DNA of 64,000 nucleotides, taken from assembly GCF_046119375.1 (NCBI RefSeq), contig NW_027362763.1, positions 781,076,001 to 781,140,000 on the forward strand, in the 5' to 3' direction. Below the pieces are notes generated by a model, which saw only the letters and a program-made list of their open reading frames with translations, searched no databases and was not told where the DNA came from. The DNA comes from Phyllobates terribilis. Its lineage: Eukaryota. Shown piece by piece: positions 61,900 to 64,000 of this stretch. How positions within the stretch are numbered: position 1 is the stretch's first letter; every line of letters starts with the position of its first letter. Made by a program: the position numbers and the translations under genes.

Positions 61900-64000
61900 C
61901 TGTTCATGTTTCTACCACCTGAACTGTAATCCCTGAGCTCCAACACCGCCGGTTGGTGCTCGGAAGTGCCGTCTGCACAGTCAACACTTGCTGCCGTGTC
62001 ATTGGGGTTCAGTAACGTCAGCTGTTCCCCGGCTGTGCGGACGGCAATTTCTCCTGCTCTGTCCACATTCTCACTACTACAGATTTTAAAGTTGCTCCAA
62101 TTACACCTCTGGCTCCTCTGTTTTCAGTATTATCCCTGAGCTCCAACACCGCCAGTTGGCGCTCGGAAGTGCCGTCTGCACAGTCAACACTTGCTGCCGT
62201 GTTATTGGGGTTCAGTAACGTCAGCTGTTCCCCTGCTGTGCGGACGGCAATTTCTCCTGCTCTGTCCGCATCCAGTGAACTACTGATTTAAAACCTCCTC
62301 CAAATACACCTCTGGCTCCTCTGTTTTCAGTATTATCCCTGAGCTCCAACACCGCCAGTTGGCGCTCGGAAGTGCCGTCTGCCCAGTCAACACTTGCTGC
62401 CATGTTATTGGGGTTCAGTAACGTCAGCTGTTCCCCTGCTGTGCGGACGGCAATTTCTCCTGCTCTGTCCACATTTTCACTACTACAGATTTTAAAGTTG
62501 CTCCAAATACACCTCTGGCTCCTCTGTTTTCAATATTATCCCTGAGCTCCAACACCGCCAGTTGGCGCTCGGAAGAGCCCTCTGCACAGTCAACACTTGC
62601 TGCCGTGTCATTGGGGTTCAGTAACGTCAGCTGTTCCCCTGCTGTGCGGACGGCAATTTCTCCTGCCCTGTCCACATTCTCACTACTACAGATTTTAAAG
62701 TTGCTCCAATTACACCTCTGGCTCCTCTGTTTTCAGTATTATCCCTGAGCTCCAACACCGCCAGTTGGCGCTCGGAAGTGCCGTCTGCACAGTCAACACT
62801 TGCTGCCGTGTCATTGGGGTTCAGTAACGTCAGCTGTTCCCCTGCTGTGCGGACGGCAATTTCTCCTGCTCTGTCCACATTCTCACTACTACAGATTTTA
62901 AAGTTGCTCCAATTACACCTCTGGCTCCTCTGTTTTCAGTATTATCCCTGAGCTCCAACACCGCCAGTTGGCGCTCGGAAGTGCCGTCTGCACAGTCAAC
63001 ACTTGCTGCCGTGTTATTGGAGTTCAGTAACGTCAGCTGTTCCCCTGCTGTGCGGACGGCAATTTCTCCTGCTCTGTCCACATCCACTGTACTACTGATT
63101 TAAAACCTCCTCCAAATACACCTCTGGCTCCTCTGTTTTCAGTATTATCCCTGAGCTCCAACACCGCCAGTTGGCGCTCGGAAGTGCCGTCTGCACAGTC
63201 AACACTTGCTGCCATGTTATTGGGGTTCAGTAACGTCAGCTGTTCCCCTGCTGTGCGGACGGCAATTTCTCCTGCTCTGTCCACATTCTCACTACTACAG
63301 ATTTTAAAGTTGCTCCAATTACACCTCTGGCTCCTCTGTTTTCAGTATTATCCCTGAGCTCCAACACCGCCAGTTGGCGCTCGGAAGTGCCGTCTGCACA
63401 GTCAACACTTGCTGCCGTGTCATTGGGGTTCAATAACGTCAGCTGTTCCCCTGCTGTGCGGACGGCAATTTCTCCTGCTCTGTCCACATTCTCACTACTA
63501 CAGATTTTAAAGTTGCTCCAATTACACCTCTGGCTCCTCTGTTTTCAGTATTATCCCTGAGCTCCAACACCGCCAGTTGGCGCTCGGAAGTGCCGTCTCC
63601 ACAGTCAACACTTGCTGCCGTGTCATTAGGGTTCAGTAACGTCAACTGTTCCCCTGCTGTGCGGACGGCAATTTCTCCTGCTCTGTCCACATTCTCACTA
63701 CTACAGATTTTAAAGTTGCTCCAATTACACCTCTGGCTCCTCTGTTTTCAGTATTATCCCTGAGCTCCAACACCGCCAGTTGGCGCTCTGAAGTGCAGTC
63801 TGCACAGTCAACACTTGCTGCCGTGTCATTGGGGTTCAGTAACGTCAACTGTTCCCCTGCTGTGCGGACGGCAATTTCTCCTGCTCTGTCCACATCCACT
63901 GTACTACTGATTTAAAACCTCCTCCAAATACACCTCTGGCTCCTCTGTTTTCAGTATTATCCCTGAGCTCCAACACCGCCAGTTGGCGCTCGGAAGTGCC
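61900..64000. repeat. 203-bp tandem satellite (>10 copies) downstream of the hAT transposase, with 812-bp higher-order periodicity
   Basis: ORF-track offsets step by 203 bp (62221, 62424, 62627...). Variant unit B occurs at ~62270, ~63080 and ~63895. Confidence 0.96.

Larger units (their letters stand above)
56942..64000 (+). mobile_element. Large hAT (Ac-like, BED-finger) element; 3' end beyond the window
   Basis: Left TIR tagtgttgagc at 56942 with clustered ccgatac/gtatcgg subterminal motifs, followed by the transposase ORF and subterminal tandem arrays. Confidence 0.88.

Noticed and set aside
61809-63899. Repeated 83-85-aa ORFs; regular spacing superficially like a CRISPR array
   Set aside because: The whole 203-bp unit repeats with no unique spacers, the context is eukaryotic and there are no cas genes; the ORFs are by-products of the repeat.

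Overview
Vertebrate non-genic DNA made almost entirely of transposons and tandem repeats. It is most likely from a frog (inferred from the T2/Kolobok-type TTAA MITEs, Sleeping-Beauty-like Tc1, L2 with a 2A-like motif and TAGTGWTGAGC-type hAT). No host exon, tRNA, rRNA or CRISPR array could be supported. In order: (1) a decayed Sleeping-Beauty-like Tc1 whose right inverted repeat hosts an intact DD34E Tc1 (1021-2671); (2) a 275-bp palindrome carrying a Penelope-type minimal hammerhead ribozyme; (3) a ~14-kb 19-bp satellite containing a solo LTR; (4) a nested foldback structure with a hAT MITE; (5) a degenerate L2 LINE on the minus strand; (6) a full-length but nonsense-inactivated Tc1; (7) a young 6.6-kb pol-less LTR element (31731-38365) with an apparent Tf1/sushi-type self-priming site and an intact 801-aa Gag-fragment/repeat ORF; (8) an LTR-element remnant encoding a degenerate cold-shock domain; (9) several solo LTRs; (10) a hAT nested in a hAT; (11) an internally deleted Gmr1-type Gypsy; (12) a nearly intact BED-finger hAT transposase flanked by a 269-bp repeat and a 203-bp satellite with a 4-unit higher-order structure that runs off the window. 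Most ORFs in the track are artefacts of repeats. All calls are by eye; no database search was run.
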